Positions 23,801 to 37,814 of a stretch of DNA of 64,000 nucleotides are shown piece after piece. Under the pieces are notes generated by a model. That model saw nothing but the letters and a program-made list of their open reading frames with translations. It did no database searches and was not told the origin of the DNA. Position numbers and translations under genes: made by a program. How positions within the stretch are numbered: position 1 is the first letter of the stretch; each line of letters begins with the position of its first letter. This DNA is from Podarcis pityusensis (Eukaryota), in NCBI GenBank assembly GCA_964106645.2, contig OZ067040.1; one strand, 5' to 3'.

Positions 23801-26800
23801 ATAAGGGACCAACTGGGGTAGTGCAGCGTGCAGGCCGCTTTCTTTCTCTCTGTGTGTGTCTCTTTTCTGTGTCATTGTCAAGGAGAAACGCCGATGGAGA
23901 AGGCAACCCCGCGAAGTGAAAGGTTGCCGTGAATGAAGCTGCTCCCAAAGAATGGCAACTGCATTGCAGTTATAATTCTTTGCACATTGCACACACACAC
24001 TTAAAAAGTGCCAGCCATTAATAATGTTTTGGTCGCTGCTCCTTCAAGTACGAGGTTCTGCTATTATATGAAGCGGCAGTTTTTTTAAAAAAAAATAAAC
24101 AATAGGAGGAACCATAAAACAGATTTAATAATAATAATAATTACAACAACAACAATTGAAGACTCTTCTAGGAAAATGGGGTTTATACAGCCCAGCTCCT
24201 AATCAAGATCCACAATCGGTCAGAGAAAATAAAATTGAGAGAGGACTGGAACAATAATTCAGGACCTATTTAAAATTTCAGTAGAACCACATGAGAGAAT
24301 TTAAGCGCTGCTTAACATTCCTGTTGAAACTGATGGGGCTTAAGTTAGCTTAGGTTTGGCTGGTTTGTGCCCAGCTTTTTCAGGAAAGAATGAAAGTGAA
24401 AACAAAAAGGCTGAAATCCTAAACACAACGGACTAGAAGTGAGTTGGGTACAGTATTTAGCTCTGAGTTCCTTGGAGAAAAGAGAATATAAACTGTAACA
24501 ATCAAGAATACTTAAGATCCAGAATCCACTATCCTAATGCAGTTAAAGACATTTCCAGTGGATCCAGATATGAATGCAAACGTGGGTGCCCCAACAAAGC
24601 AAGGCTGAAATCAAATTGGTGCTTAACCCGGGAGTAAGTCCCACTGAAAACAATGTGACTTACTTCTGAGGGGAGACAGAAAGACTTGCACTGTATTGTC
24701 TGATCAATATCTAGGACAGGGCAATAAAAAATATTCATCAAAAAAAATTGAACCATTTTTCAGGAAAATATTCTGAAATATGCAGCAACAACATAACAAA
24801 CTTTAAAATAGTATGTACAAACTGCAGCAAGTTGCCCAGTACAATAATAAAACATAATATAGTCAGAAGAAAACAGCACCACTATTTTAGCAGCTCAGTT
24901 AAAAGCATTCCATAAAAGCAGCAATGAACAAGTGTGTCTTCAAGTGAGGACTGCTTAAAAACTTGTAGAGAGTTGGCACAGCCTTGCTACAAAAAAGGCT
25001 TATGGGGCTGGAGCTTTTATTTTGGAAAAAAAATATTATCCAAGGAGGAACATGGTAGAGTTTTATAAAATGATGGAGAAAGTGAATAAACTTATTCCTC
25101 CTTCCCTGTGAAAATAGAGTAAAATGTGCGGCCTGAGTCTGCAAGCTGTACTGAATTCAGTGGGGTATGGTAACATCTTAAAATGTGCATAGGATTACAG
25201 CTTTGGTTGCTAATTTCAGGAATTTTAAAAATGACTTGTTTGCACAATGCATAATTAATTGATGGAATTAATTGCTGACAGATGTGGTGATATACACTAG
25301 CATAGATGGCTTTCTTTAGAATTAGATGAATCAATGTTCATAAGCTTATCAATGGCTACTAGTCACAAGAGGTGCATAGAAGTTTCCTAGAAGCAACCTA
25401 AGTAGCAATTACCGGTAGCTTCATCATACCCAACTTAAGAGCTTCACAGGGACGCTTGAATGGGTCCTGTCAAAATGCCTTTAGATGGGCCTCAAACCAG
25501 GACTCTTCAGCATACTTACCAGGAAGAAAATACGGCATTTACATTTCTATAAATATGCTTAAAACTGGATGTAGGTCTGACCCTGCAAAGCAACTATCCC
25601 ATGGAGCACAAGATCCATTCAGGTGGTCCACAGAAATATTTTGGAAGAGTTTAGGGTACCTGCACTTGATTTATTTGTTCCTGATAGTGGAAATTTAGGC
25701 CATTTTGACACAGGCTAGATTTATCAAAGAGGGGACCAAAGCCCTGGTTTAGGATCTGTGATTTTTATAACAGTACTAATTTCCCCCATGAAATCTGCCA
25801 GTTAAAGGTACCATTCTCAGTGCCCCAGCCTGGGGCTGTGATTTTCACAATATAGTGATAATTTTGACAAAAATGTTAGTGCTGAAGAGGGGGGAAAGTT
25901 TGGTAAGTGGTCAGCTGAGACCCCCCAGCAATTTTTAATTATCTGTGTAGGAAAGTGGTTTAAGAACTGCTGGTTTAGTTCCTCAGCTCTCAAACTGAAT
26001 GGAGGGAGGACATAAAGCTTTTATTGTACTTCATACCAATCTGCTAGCCAGATTTCAACCAAACAAAATGACAGTTCTCGATAAGGTGTTTTCAAACAAA
26101 AAAACCCCACAAAAAAACCCTAAATGTTTTAATTATTTTTGCAAGAGATACATAAACAAGCAGAACAATATAAAACAAACATCAACAATCATACTGCAGT
26201 AAGGATACAAAATAAACACTGGGTGATCATCAGCAAATTCTTATATCAGAACTAAAATGAAGAGATCAGGAGATCATTATCAGGACTTTCAATAAAGAAA
26301 ATGTGTTTCTCATTTTTTGCTTTAGTTTTTTTGTTCTCTAACCCAAAGACCAACGGTGCCTTGGAACTGTATCAAGCCAGATAGATTTCTGGGAATCAGT
26401 TGGAAGGTTTAGACCACTTCGTTAGACCACATAGGTTATAAATGGGTACCATGTACCATCAAACAGGCCCTTTTTATTTCATTCCCCTTAGCTGTCTGTC
26501 TGTTGCATTCAGCCAGTTTTTCTCCTACTGCCAGATTCCAGGCCTTTGCCACCAATTGATAATAAGGTATGACAAATATATCACAATCTCTAAGCACGCA
26601 GCCCTTAATAATAATAAAAAGGATTGAAGGTCTTGTAAACTGCATTCTGCGTTGTTTCAGGGAATATGGACATGCATGTGAGACTAGGGTCCATCAGAAT
26701 AAGTTGCTTATCTATTCAAGGAAACAGAATACAAACAAAAACCTATGGACAAGACTGGCCATGGTAAAGCAGTTGCCAGAACTGACAATCTGTACCTCCT

Positions 26801-26879
26801 GTCCGGTTCTTTTCCCAGCAGTCATGAACTCCATTGGGGAGGTGCTCTCTGTGCTCTGAACTCTTCGTGCCCTTGAAGA

Positions 26880-27778
26880 CGGTGAAGGTCCTGTGTGAGT
26901 GTCTGGAGGCGGTTGGAGGATGGATGGCGGCAAACAGATTGAGGTTGAATCCTGACAAGACAGAAGTACTGTTTCTGGGGGACAGGAGGCGGGCAGGTGT
27001 GGGGGATTCCCTGGTCCTGAATGGGGTAACCGTGCCCCTGAAGGACCAGGTGCGCAGCCTGGGAGTCATTTTGGACTCACAGCTGTCCATGGAGGCACAG
27101 GTTAAATCCGTGTCCAGGGCAGCTGTGTACCAGCTCCATCTGGTACGTAGGTTGAGACCCTATCTGCCCGCGGACTGCCTCGCCAGAGTGGTGCATGCTC
27201 TGGTTATCTCCCGCTTGGACTACTGCAATGCGCTCTACGTGGGGCTACCTTTGAAGGTGACCCGGAAACTACAACTAATCCAGAATGCAGCAGCCAGACT
27301 GGTGACTGGGAACAGCCGCCGAGACCATATAACACCGGTCTTGAAAGACCTACATTGGCTCCCAGTACGTTTCCGAGCACAATTCAAAGTGTTGGTGCTG
27401 ACCTTTAAAGCCCTAAACGGCCTCGGTCCAGTATACCTGAAGGAGCGTCTCCACCTCCATCGTTCTACCCGGACACTGAGGTCCAGCACCGAGGGCCTTC
27501 TGGCGGTTCCCTCACTGCGAGAAGCCAAGTTACAGGGAACCAGGCAGAGGGCCTTCTCGGTAGTGGCGCCCTCCCTGTGGAACGCCCTCCCACCAGATGT
27601 CAAAGAGAACAACAACTACCAGACTTTTAGAAGACATCTGAAGGCAGCCCTGTTTAGGGAAGCTTTTAATGTTTGATGTATCATAGTATTTTAATATTCT
27701 TTTGGAAGCCGCCCAGAGTGGCTGGGGAAACCCAGCCAGATGGGCGGGGTATAAATAATAAATTATTATTATTATTAT
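26880..27778 (+). mobile_element. L2-clade LINE, 5'-truncated, with an intact ORF2 C-terminal frame
   Basis: 280-codon stop-free frame WMAANRLRLNPDKTEV...SRLDYCNALYVGLP...LQLIQNAAARL...LHWLPV...; (ATT)n tail. Confidence 0.92.
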
Positions 27779-28091
27779 AAGACAAAGGAGGAGGGAAGCT
27801 GAGTACAGTAGGACCAGCAGGCTCCTGTGCGTGGCTGGGGAAACCCAGCCAGAAGGGTGGGGTATAAATAACATCATAATTATTTGTTATTATTAATCTG
27901 TTGCAGCCTCAGTCCCCACCTCTTCTGCAGCTGCCTGTCCTACACCTGCAGTGCTTTCTGCCTCTTCTTCCTCTCTCTCACTCAAGCCTGTTGCTTGTTC
28001 AGCATCTAACCATTCTGCCCTACCCGTCATCCTCTGACCTGTCTTATTGCCCCACAACCACTCCCTTGGTTCTGAGCCTTCCTCTGCTGCT

Positions 28092-28339
28092 GAAGAAGAA
28101 GAAGAGGAGTTTGGATTTAATATCCCGCTTTATCACTACCCGAAGGAGTCTCAAAGCAGCTAACATTCTCCTTTTCCTTCCTCCCCCACAACAACACTCT
28201 GTGAAGTGAGTGAGGCTGAGAGACTTCAGAGAAGTGTGACTAGCCCAAGGTCACTCAGCAGCTGCATGTGGAGGAGCAGAGACGTGAACCCGGTTCACCA
28301 GATTACAAGACTCTTAACCACTGCACCACACTGGCTCCC
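28092..28339 (-). mobile_element. Squamate tRNA-derived SINE with (CTT)n tail
   Basis: Minus strand begins GAGCCAGTGTGGTGCAGTGGTTAAGAG (A box) followed by GGTTCACGTC (B-box-like); a partial copy lies at ~34680-34850. Confidence 0.75.
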
Positions 28340-28754
28340 AGTGCTGAGGCTTCTCTGGTTCTCCCAACACCCCTAGAGCCCATTTTGGGGGATGCAGGAG
28401 GAAGAGAGGAGGAAAAGCCCTGTTGTGCAAGTGGAAGTCCTGCATGGCTTCCATTGACGAGGCTCTTTAAGGGAATCCCACCCTTTGGTTTTAGTAGATA
28501 TTTAAAGGAGGTTTTAGATAGGGGGATTCAACCTGATGTGTCATCCCAGGATGGTGTCTGTGTCATAAATTAGTCACGTTTATTTGCTAAAAACCCACGG
28601 TCAACACAAAAATATGGGCATAATCAACCTGAGAGAGACATAAGTACAGGTGATCCCAAGCACATTTTACCCCATTTTGTAAGCTACATTTTAGTCTGAT
28701 CTGATTGGTTAAGAAACTTTACATATATTACTGTATGTATATCAATCAACTAGT

Positions 28755-29075
28755 GTACCTGAAGGAGCTACCCCACCCCCATTGTTTAGCCTGGACACTG
28801 AGATCCAGCTCAGTGGCCTCCTGGCGGTTCCCTCACTGTGAGAACTGAAGTTACAGAGAACTAGGCAGAGGGCCTTCTCAGCAGTTGCACCTACCCTGTG
28901 GAATGCCCTCCCATCAGATGTCAAAGAGATAAAGCAATTATATGACTTTTTGCAGACATCTGAAGGCAGCCCTGTTTTGAGAAGCTTTTAATTTTGTTGT
29001 GCCCTTTCATATTTTGTTGGAAGTCACCCAGAGTGGCTGGGGCAACCTGGTCAGATGGGTGGGTTACAATAAATA
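28755..29075 (+). mobile_element. L2 3' fragment
   Basis: Homologous to 27430-27760. Confidence 0.75.
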
Positions 29076-29379
29076 CCTACTGTATCATTATTTCCTACTG
29101 TCCGATAAAGAAACAAGAATCTCTTTCAAAAACCTATCCCAAGAGGATTATATAGGATTACATACATACAACACACAGTGAACAGTATCTTCTACCTCTC
29201 CCCAGACACCAATGTCCAAACCATTATTTTCAGATATTGCATTATATTTCCCCCTCTAAATATCCTGTGGTATAGGGTTAGGATCTCAAAGCAGAAAATA
29301 CTTTCCTCGTTACACCAACATAAAACTTTTAAAAACTGTCATTAGATCATATCAGATTGAACAAAATAATAACACATTT

Positions 29380-29782
29380 CAGAAAAGGGCAACCAAAATG
29401 ACCAGGAAGTGGAGCAATTTGTCTATGAGGAAAGGTTGCAGCATTTGGAACTTCTTCTTTTTTTAAAGTAAAAGGTAACATAACAGAAGTTTATACAATT
29501 TTGCACGGCATGGAAAAAGTGGACAAAGAAAAGCTTTTCTCCCTCTCTCACAACACTAGGACTTATGGACATCCAATGAAGCTAAATGTGGGAAAATTCA
29601 GGACAAATAAATTCTTCTTCATGGATCACAGAGTTAAAACTTTAACTTTAAAAGACATCTGAAGGCAGCCCTGTTTAAGGAAGTTTTTAATATTTAATGC
29701 TGTATTCTTTTTAACACTGGATTGGAAGCCACCCAAGAGTGGCTGGGGAAACTTAGCCAGATGGGCGGGGTATAAATAATAA

Positions 29783-29825
<43 letters not shown>

Positions 29826-29990
29826 GTGAAGCAGTGACAGCTGCCAACTTGGGTGATTTAAAAAAATAAAGATTGGACAAATTCATGGCGGAGAAGACTA
29901 TCAATGTCTACTGTTAATGATGGTTGTGCTTCATCTCCACAGTTAAGATGCAGCAATGCTTCTGAATACCAGTTGCTGGAAACTGCAGGA
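29380..29990 (+). mobile_element. Old CR1 fragment with a nested L2 3' end (~29650-29825)
   Basis: CAGAAAAGGGCAACCAAAATGACC...TATGAGGAAAGGTTGCAGCATTTGG is CR1-like; the L2 tail sits inside it. Confidence 0.65.
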
Positions 29991-30597
29991 GCGGAGAGTG
30001 CTTTTGTGCTTGGGTCCTGCTTGTGTGAGAACAGGATGCTGGACCTAGCAGGGCTCTTATAAAAAGAAAGGCCCTACTCTTTACTCATAATACACCATGG
30101 GTTTATTTTGAGCTACAGGAGTAACAGCCTTATAAGCATAGAGAATCAGCCTGTGCTTCACTTTGTCAGCCCAGTTCTATTTGAAATTTGCTCCAAGTTG
30201 GGGCTGTTGTTTTCTTTCTCTCCTCCCCCCTTTTAAGTATTTAAACCAGTACAAATGGAAAACAACACGAACTCTGGACAATACCGAAGAAAAGCCAACC
30301 TAAAATCTTACCATGGAAATAAGGACTGCCGCGTGGTAGGTTCCATAATGACCTCAATTAGACATTTTGGATAGTTTCCAGTTTCACAATATTTGACCAA
30401 CCCCCACTGGCAGACCGTTAGACATCTGCTCTTTTATTTTTGTCCTGCTTTGTTTCGTGAAGATTTCCCCCTCCTTTATTTCCTTCAATTTGGCATCACT
30501 ATGTATTCTAGTTTTCCTTCCCCTTCCAATTTAAAATAATTATGTTTGGGAAGCAAAATGGCAAATGTCGCTTCTTGCCAAGACTTGACACGACTAA

Positions 30598-31030
30598 CTG
30601 GAACGTGTCCAGAGGAGGGCAACCAAAATGGTCAAAGGCCTGGAAACGATGCCTTATGAGGAACGGCTAAGGGAGCTGGGCATGTTTAGCCTGGAGAAGA
30701 GGAGGTTAAGGGGTGATATGATAGCCATGTTCAAATATATAAAAGGATGTCACATAGAGGAGGGATAAAGGTTGTTTTCTGCTGCTCCAGAGAAGCGGAC
30801 ACAGAGCAATGGATTCCACCTAAACATTAGGAAGAACTTCCTGGCAGTAAGAGCTGTTTGACAGTTCTTGCTGCCAAGGAGTGTGGTGGAGTCTCCTTCT
30901 TTGGAGGTCTTTAAGCAGACAGTCTTTAACCATATGTCAGGAGTGCTCTGATGGTGTTTCCTGCTTGGCAGGGGGTTGGACTCGATGGCCCTTGTGGTCT
31001 CTTCCAACTCTATGATTCTATGATTCTATG
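30598..31030 (+). mobile_element. CR1 LINE 3' end
   Basis: [41 protein letters not shown]; tail TTCCAACTCT(ATGATTCT)n. Confidence 0.9.
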
Positions 31031-32529
31031 ACTACTGAGCAATAATAGATGGAGCACTGAAAGGAATGGATACACAGAGCAATGTAGACAGCTCAGCAGG
31101 CCACAGAATATCTTAACTGAGCGTAAATGGCTTTGGCTGCTGTCCACAGCCCTTCCAAAAATACTTTCACCTGAATGACCTTATTTCCTTGGATAGATCC
31201 TCAGGTTTAGCCTCGGGCATTCTAATAAGAAATGGTATCAACCTTTTGTTCAGTTTGCCTGGGGCTGGGATGGGGAACCTCTGGCCCTCCAGATGCTGTT
31301 GGACTACAACTCCCATCATCCCTGTCCATTGGCCATGTTAACTTGCAATGATGAAATATGGAGTTCAACAGTATCTGGAAGGTTGCTGATTCTGTCCCCC
31401 TCCCAGCACAGAGAAGGAATGCAATGGGGAAAGCAAAACAATGTACATGTTATGGTAGGAAGAAAGAAGGAAGTGCTTGAACATGGGAAAATCTGAAGCA
31501 AGGGAAGTGGCAATTGATTTGTTCTCTGCACACTCTTCGAGGAGCTTAAGGCAGCATACACTTCTCTCATTTTATCCTTAACGCAACCCTCTGAGACAGG
31601 TTAAGCAGAGAGATGGTGATTCAACCCAGATTTTTGCAGTTTGAGGCGAGGCTTAGTTACACAACACAATGGTTTTGTCATAATTATTAAAACTTCCCAC
31701 TGTCTCAAGGACTAAGAAGTTCCAGAACAACCTTACAGAATAATGTCTATTGTTGGGAAAGGGAGTACAGGAAACCTGTGGTATTTAAAAAAAACCAAAA
31801 AAAACCCCCAACCCTATATATTTATTTACAATTGCCTAGGTTGATCAGGTGGGCAGCAAGTAGGAACACAGGGGGACTCTAGTAATTCTAAAGCAGCATC
31901 AGTCCACAGAAGAAACAGCAGCTCCCCTGGAGCTCTCTTTGGCCAGATTCAAACTGCACATATATTTTCCTTTTTAGTCCTGGATATACAAGTACATGAG
32001 GCTTCAGTTACATTCAGCACCTGGTTTTAGATATTCATGATGGGCAATAATGAGCACAGAGGGCAATTATTGGCTTTTATGGTTGCAGTCCTATGGTAAC
32101 TTACATGCTTGTATGTCTCATTGAAATATGGGGCTTACCGCTGAGAAATTATGTACAGGATCAGGCCGCATTGCAAAACACAATAAAAGCATTCAGTTCT
32201 GATTCCATAAACAATTCACCGGTATTCTCTGCCATGAACAGCAGCATTTCACAGGGATTCAGGTTTGATTCAACTATTGCTAGGAGTTTGTTTTAGTTTG
32301 CCTATACCCAGCCCAGCTCTTTAAATAACTGCAGAAAACTCTTACAGTGTTATTGGGGGAAAAAACATTTGGAGAAGGAGGTGTTGTGGAGAGTGTGGCA
32401 TACCGGACTAAGGTAAGTTTAGTCCATTATCATTTAAAACAGGATCACGTTAAGTATATATAACAATATTTATAAATTAAAAATAAAACTCTGGAAAGAA
32501 GATGCCAAGTGCTGCTCCCCACTGTAAAT

Positions 32530-32940
32530 TTGTTGTTGTTGTTTAGTCGTGTTCGACTCTTCGTCACCCCATGGACCAGAGCACGCCAGTCTTCCACTGC
32601 CTCCCGCAGTTTGGTCAAACTCATGCTGGTAGCTTTGAGAACGCTGTCCAACCATCTCGTCCTCTGTCATCCCCTTCTCCTTGTGCCCTCCATCTTTCCC
32701 AACATCAGGGTCTTTTCCAGGGAGTTTTCTCTTCTCATGAGGTGGCCAAAGTATTGGAGCCTCAGCTTCAGGATCTGGCCTTCCAGTGAGCACTCAGGGC
32801 TGATTTCCTTAAGAATGGAGAGGTTTGATCTTCTTGCAGTCCATGGGACTCTCAAGAGTCTCCTCCAGCACTATAATTCAAAAGCATCAATTATTTGGCG
32901 ATCAGCCTTCTTTATGGTCCAGCTCTCACTTCCATACACC
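32530..32940 (-). mobile_element. RTE-BovB LINE 3' fragment
   Basis: RVPWTARRSNLSILKEISPECSLEGQILKLRLQYFGHLMRR...; (CAA)n tail. Confidence 0.9.
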
Positions 32941-33359
32941 AATCTATAAATACCAGTCTAGCGCTACTGAAAAGCCATCAACTTCTTAACAAAAAACCTT
33001 AAACAAGAATTTCCTCTTGTTGCATAGAATGCACTTTTCTCTTCTACACTGAGTGAAGGGGTGACCCTTTTAATTCCAAGGGCTACATTCTTGGATGAGC
33101 AACTTCCTGGAGGCTGCACACCAGTGGTGAGCAAGACCAGAGGCAAAAGTGGGCAGATCAATGGATGGGGTTTTTCCCTTTCTACAAGGGGCCACGTCCC
33201 AAGCACACAAGTGTCAGGTTTCTACATGCCCTCTCTGCCCATCCAAGCAAGCAAACAGTAATTAGCATGATTCTAGGGTGCCTTCCAAACAGCCAAAGCC
33301 ATCTAGAGCAGGACCTGTGGCTTAGGAAGAGGACATGACCTAGGAAGAACCCCTAAAGC

Positions 33360-33651
33360 CCCTCTTCTTTGCGTGGTGGCTGTGCCACGGTCGGGAGGCA
33401 GAAATGCTTCCGAGCGACAGCTGCTGGAAACCGCGGAAAGGGAAGAGCGCTCTTGTGCGTCCGCCGTGAGCCCACCCCTGCCAGCGGCGCCACTCTAGAC
33501 GCTCGTATCTCTAGTTATCCGCACGTCTACTTTCTCATTGGGCGTTTTCCAAACTCGGGCCGGAAGTGCCCGTGAAGGGGCGTTCCTTCCTGCGCCTTCT
33601 CTCTGTGGTCCTCCCGGGAAGCTTCCTCCCCGCCGCTCTGAGGGCCTCTCT
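33360..33651 (+). promoter_or_regulatory. PEX6 CpG-island promoter / 5' UTR
   Basis: CpG island continuing through exon 1 to ~34620. ETS/GABPA-type CCGGAAGTG at 33560-33568 and inverted CCAAT (ATTGG) at 33537-33541. Confidence 0.7.
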
Positions 33652-34557
33652 ATGGCGGTGGCGGTGCTGCGCAGCCTGGGCGACGCCGCCCCGCAGGACC
33701 TGCCCGCGGCCGCGGGGCTGCTGGTGGCCCCGGCCGACGGGCAATGGGCCTCGGTGGCGGCGGCGGCCTCGGCGGGCGGTCCTCTGGTGCTGGCCGTCCG
33801 CCCGGCGGGGTCTGAGGCGCAGCCGGTGCTGCTGTGCGCGGCGCTGCTGGAGGCCGAGGCGGCCTCGGAGCCGGAGCTGTGGCTGGGCCGGGCCTTCCTG
33901 AGGCAGCTGGGCCTGGCGGCGGGGAGCCGCGTGCGGGTCTGGCCCGTGAGGAGACCGCCGTTGCTAGGCTGGGTGTTGCTGGGGGCGGCAGGGGCGGGGC
34001 GGGCTCCGCGCCCCGCGGCCGCCTCGGGCTCCAGCGTCCTGGTGCGGCGCGGGGAGACGCTGCCGGGCTCGGGGCTGCTGGTGCTGGAGGCCCGGCCGGC
34101 CCTGCAAGGGCTGCTGGGCGCCGGCACCCGCTTGGCCGTGACTGAACTGAAGGGCGGCGGCGGCGGCGGGGAGAGTCGGGAGCGGAGCGGGGAGCCGCCG
34201 CCGCCGCTGGTATCTGCGTGGGCGCACGGCGGGGAGCGGCTGGTGAAGGCGGAGCGGGGCCACGCAGCCCTGTGGGGAGGCGAGGCCGGCGAGACCTTGT
34301 GGGTGACCCGCGGCGGCCTGCGCAGCCTGGGCCTTTTCCACGGGGAGTGGGTGTCCGTGTCGAGGCCGGAAGGCGGCTCCCGCCACTTGGCCACCGTGCG
34401 AGCTCTCGACCCCCGGTGGTACTTCTCCCTCGCCGAGGACAGGCGACGCCGGGCCGCCGAGGAGGACGCCTTTCCGCACGAGAGGGCGCTGCTCCCCGCC
34501 ACCTTGGCTTTCAACCTGTCCTGCGACCCTCTGGAAGGCGCGCTCCTTAAAATCCAG
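33652..34557 (+). CDS. PEX6: PEX6 exon 1
   Basis: MAVAVLRSLGD...GWVLLG...LLVLEARPALQGLLGAGTRLAVTEL...LAFNLSCDPLEGALLKIQ|gtgggt; 906 nt. Confidence 0.93.
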
Positions 34558-36356
34558 GTGGGTGGCACCTGTGCAGAATGAGGCGCCCAGCTGGGAAAAC
34601 AGGTGCTGAGCGTGGGAAGCTGCCTCGCACCATGTAGGGCAGCTTTCAAACTACCACGGTTCTGCCTGCTGGGACTGAGAAGAGGAGGAGTTTGGATTTG
34701 ATATCCCGCTTTATCACTACCCTAAGGAGTCTCAAAGCGGCTAACAATCTCCTTTCCCTTCCTCCCCCACAACAAACACTCTGTGAGGTGAGTGAGGCTG
34801 AGAGACTTCAGAGAAGTGTGACTAGCCCAAGGTCACCCAGCAGCTGGGTGCGACCCCCAGATGTTTCAGCAGGCAAAACTACTGACTATAGTCTTTTTAT
34901 CAAATGTATGCCCACCTCACACATCTGGGAACTGAATGCAAAACCTCCTGTCTGGAGGGAGAATAATGCCCGTAAATCTGACCAATGGCACCCCCACCCC
35001 CCGCAAGGGTAAAGTTGCATTATCTCCTTTGGTGTGGCTTGTTTGGTATGTGGAAATTGGACTATTAGCACGATGGGGCTTGTCTGCAATAGAGTTGTGG
35101 TTATATAAGGGGAAAGTGTGGTTGCATACCTTTGTGTCAAATGCCATAGAGCAAGAAGAGGTAGTTGCCACATCAGGATTACAGTGGTAGTGTAGTTCTA
35201 TAGCATCTGTAAAGAGTCTTTAGTTATCTGTGGAGCCTAGCCTATATTGTAAAGGATGTGCTTAGCAGAATGACTCCTTAAAGCATAGCATGCTAACTTA
35301 TAAGCTAGTTAGGGCTCAGTAGGGTCTTAGCTTCAATATTGGGGTGGGTTGAGGGAAGCTGCAGGTCTTTGCACTGTTGTTAACAGCCATGAGGATTAAA
35401 AGTGAAAGACAAGATCATGAGTTTGTCATGACAGCATGCACAGGTTGTTGTGAAGATGTGGTGGACTTTGATTCTGCAGTTAGAGATGAACTGAGAGTCT
35501 CTAAAGTGGAAGTTTGGGAACTTCTGAAGTGCAGCATGGGGAGGATCTCTATCTGTATACAATTTTAAAAAATCTTGTGTGATTATGCCGGTGTATAGAC
35601 CCAAAGGTAACAGGCGTGTGACTGCTTGGGTAAAGTTAGTTCTGTATTCAGGATTGCATAACAAACCCTCATCTTTATCTTCTTTCCACTTTTATGAACA
35701 TCATAGAGCTTTATCTTGCATTTAGAGATGGTGTTTCCCCTTCAGATACATCATTCCTTTCTTACTTGATTTATGCATTGAAAATTTCACCCTTAACTCC
35801 AGGCTGGAATGCTTCTGGAAAAACTACCACCCCCTAGTTGTATATTCAGAATTACCAACAGAGATTGGAGCTCCTGTTCCATACGCAGATATGTACTGAA
35901 TGAATGAAAACATCTGCCACTGAGTTAGTCTAGTGTCAAAGAAGCAATCTTGCTGTGTGGCACCTTAAAAAATTAACCAACCTATTGTGGTACAAGCTTT
36001 CCTGGACTGGAGTAAACTAATCACATGTATTAAACATTATCAGGAAACTGGCAGATATAGATACTCATATTTGTAAGGCAGAGGGTGAAAATGTAGGCAG
36101 TGAAGTTAGCGGGGAATGAAATGGAACAATTACAGACTGTAACAATGATGTTAAAGCGGGGATAATGAAATTAAAAGGTTTAAAACACCTTTGTGACTGG
36201 AAAATTGGGTTTTCGCTAACCTATTATGGGATGGGAAAAATTAGGCCTGGTACTCAAAGGTTACTGCAGTTAAAAAAGATTGTTCTGTCCTAATCTCCTA
36301 GTTTTTAATTTTGTGTAGTGGAATTAAAATGGAATAGGGTTGTTTGTCCTCCGTAG

Positions 36357-36520
36357 AGATATGGGGAAGCTGCTGGTGCGCAGGAGTTAAAAGGAAGTCG
36401 GTCCTTGCTATCTGTGCCGCCCTTTGCCAAGGAGCTACACATAGAGATTGTGTCCTCACCAGCCTACAGCATCACAGGAGTATATGACCAAATTCTCTAC
36501 CAACACTTTCAAACTCCCAG
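36357..36520 (+). CDS. PEX6: PEX6 exon 2
   Basis: ccgtag|AGA...; RYGEAAG...[18 protein letters not shown]...HFQTP(R)|gttagc; 164 nt. Confidence 0.93.
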
Positions 36521-37730
36521 GTTAGCGTTTCAGTAAAGACAATAACTTAACCTCTGCATCCCTCTTTATGAGATCAAGGGATAATCTTGTTACTGTGCTT
36601 CTTACTTACTGCACGAGCACACAGTTAGCAGGACATGGGCTTGTTGCCCATGTGCCACATTTGAGAAGCTTGCTTAGGCATTTTAAACATTATAAGTGGA
36701 CAAGTAAAGTATTGATTCTGGAAATATTTAGAATATCTGTCTTAAATCAGTGAAATATATTGGTTGTGCCAGCTGAGAGAACTCTTAAAAACGTTTGCAG
36801 TAGCATTGTGATCTTAAGCCTGTCTTTGTGGGGTCTGTATGCCAAGTACATTTCACAGTCATTTCACAGAATCATAGAATTGTAGAGTTGGAAGGGATCC
36901 TGAGGGTCATCTAGTCCAACCCCCTCAACTTTCCTCTCTTATTCAGTGGCCAGTGGTGCTAATCACAGCTGAGAGTTGTGGTCCAAGATCTGGACTGAAA
37001 GCTGGTTAATGCAAAATAACTCATAGAACATATTTCCAGTGAAAATTAAGCAAGCTCAGAACCTGATCTCTTTTAAACATGCTTTATAGACACACTCTTT
37101 AAAGGAATGGCCTTGGGAGAATGAAATGTGATGTTGGACCAAATTATCAGCTATTTTTTCAGTGTTAATTGTAGTTTTATTTATTCATTGAATCTAATGA
37201 GATTTTATAGTTTTACCGTAATATTTTACTGATTGGTTTTTTTAATGTGAATTGGTTTGTAAGACAATTGTCCTAAAAAGCAGTATAGATGTCTTTATAA
37301 ACAAAAATAATGTAAGTAACAAATACCATGTTAAGGTTACAGTCCCCCACTATGTTTCATCCCCCCTCACTTTTTCTGTATGCTTTGTAACAAATTGATT
37401 TAAATACGATTTTAACAGGCAAGTTATATATTACTGCATTTGTGCAGAAAGGTTTCTCCATCTGGTGATTCCTTTTTCACACCAAATGCTGGCAGTACAG
37501 TGAAGAGGCCTCTGTTTTTGAGGCATACAAGTTCATTCAGCACTTTCTGTTCATGACAAAAATTAAAATTGCTAGTTAGACCACATATCTGTCTGCCGCA
37601 GGGTATTAAACACTTGAAATATTTCTGATGGCCTCCCTTGCTTCTTTTCAGACTATTGCATTGTCACACAGATTTTTCTCCCTTCCTTTAGTTTGATAAC
37701 ACATGTATCACCATGACTGTTTTGTTGCAG

Positions 37731-37814
37731 GCTAGTCCAGGAGGAAGATATTCTGTGTATTCCAACAGTCGGGCATCCTGAGTTCTTAGAAGGAAATTCA
37801 GATAAGTTCTCTAG
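37731..37814 (+). CDS. PEX6: PEX6 exon 3
   Basis: ttgcag|G CTA GTC CAG GAG; LVQEEDILCIPTVGHPEFLEGNSDKFS(R)|gtatgt; 84 nt. Confidence 0.92.

Noticed and set aside
23334-33652. Shared bidirectional promoter for PPP2R5D and PEX6
   Set aside because: The starts are ~10 kb apart with two separate CpG islands.
33495-34649. 384-aa antisense ORF and a TTG-initiated extension of PEX6 from 33538
   Set aside because: Shadow of GC-rich exon 1; homology starts at the ATG at 33652.
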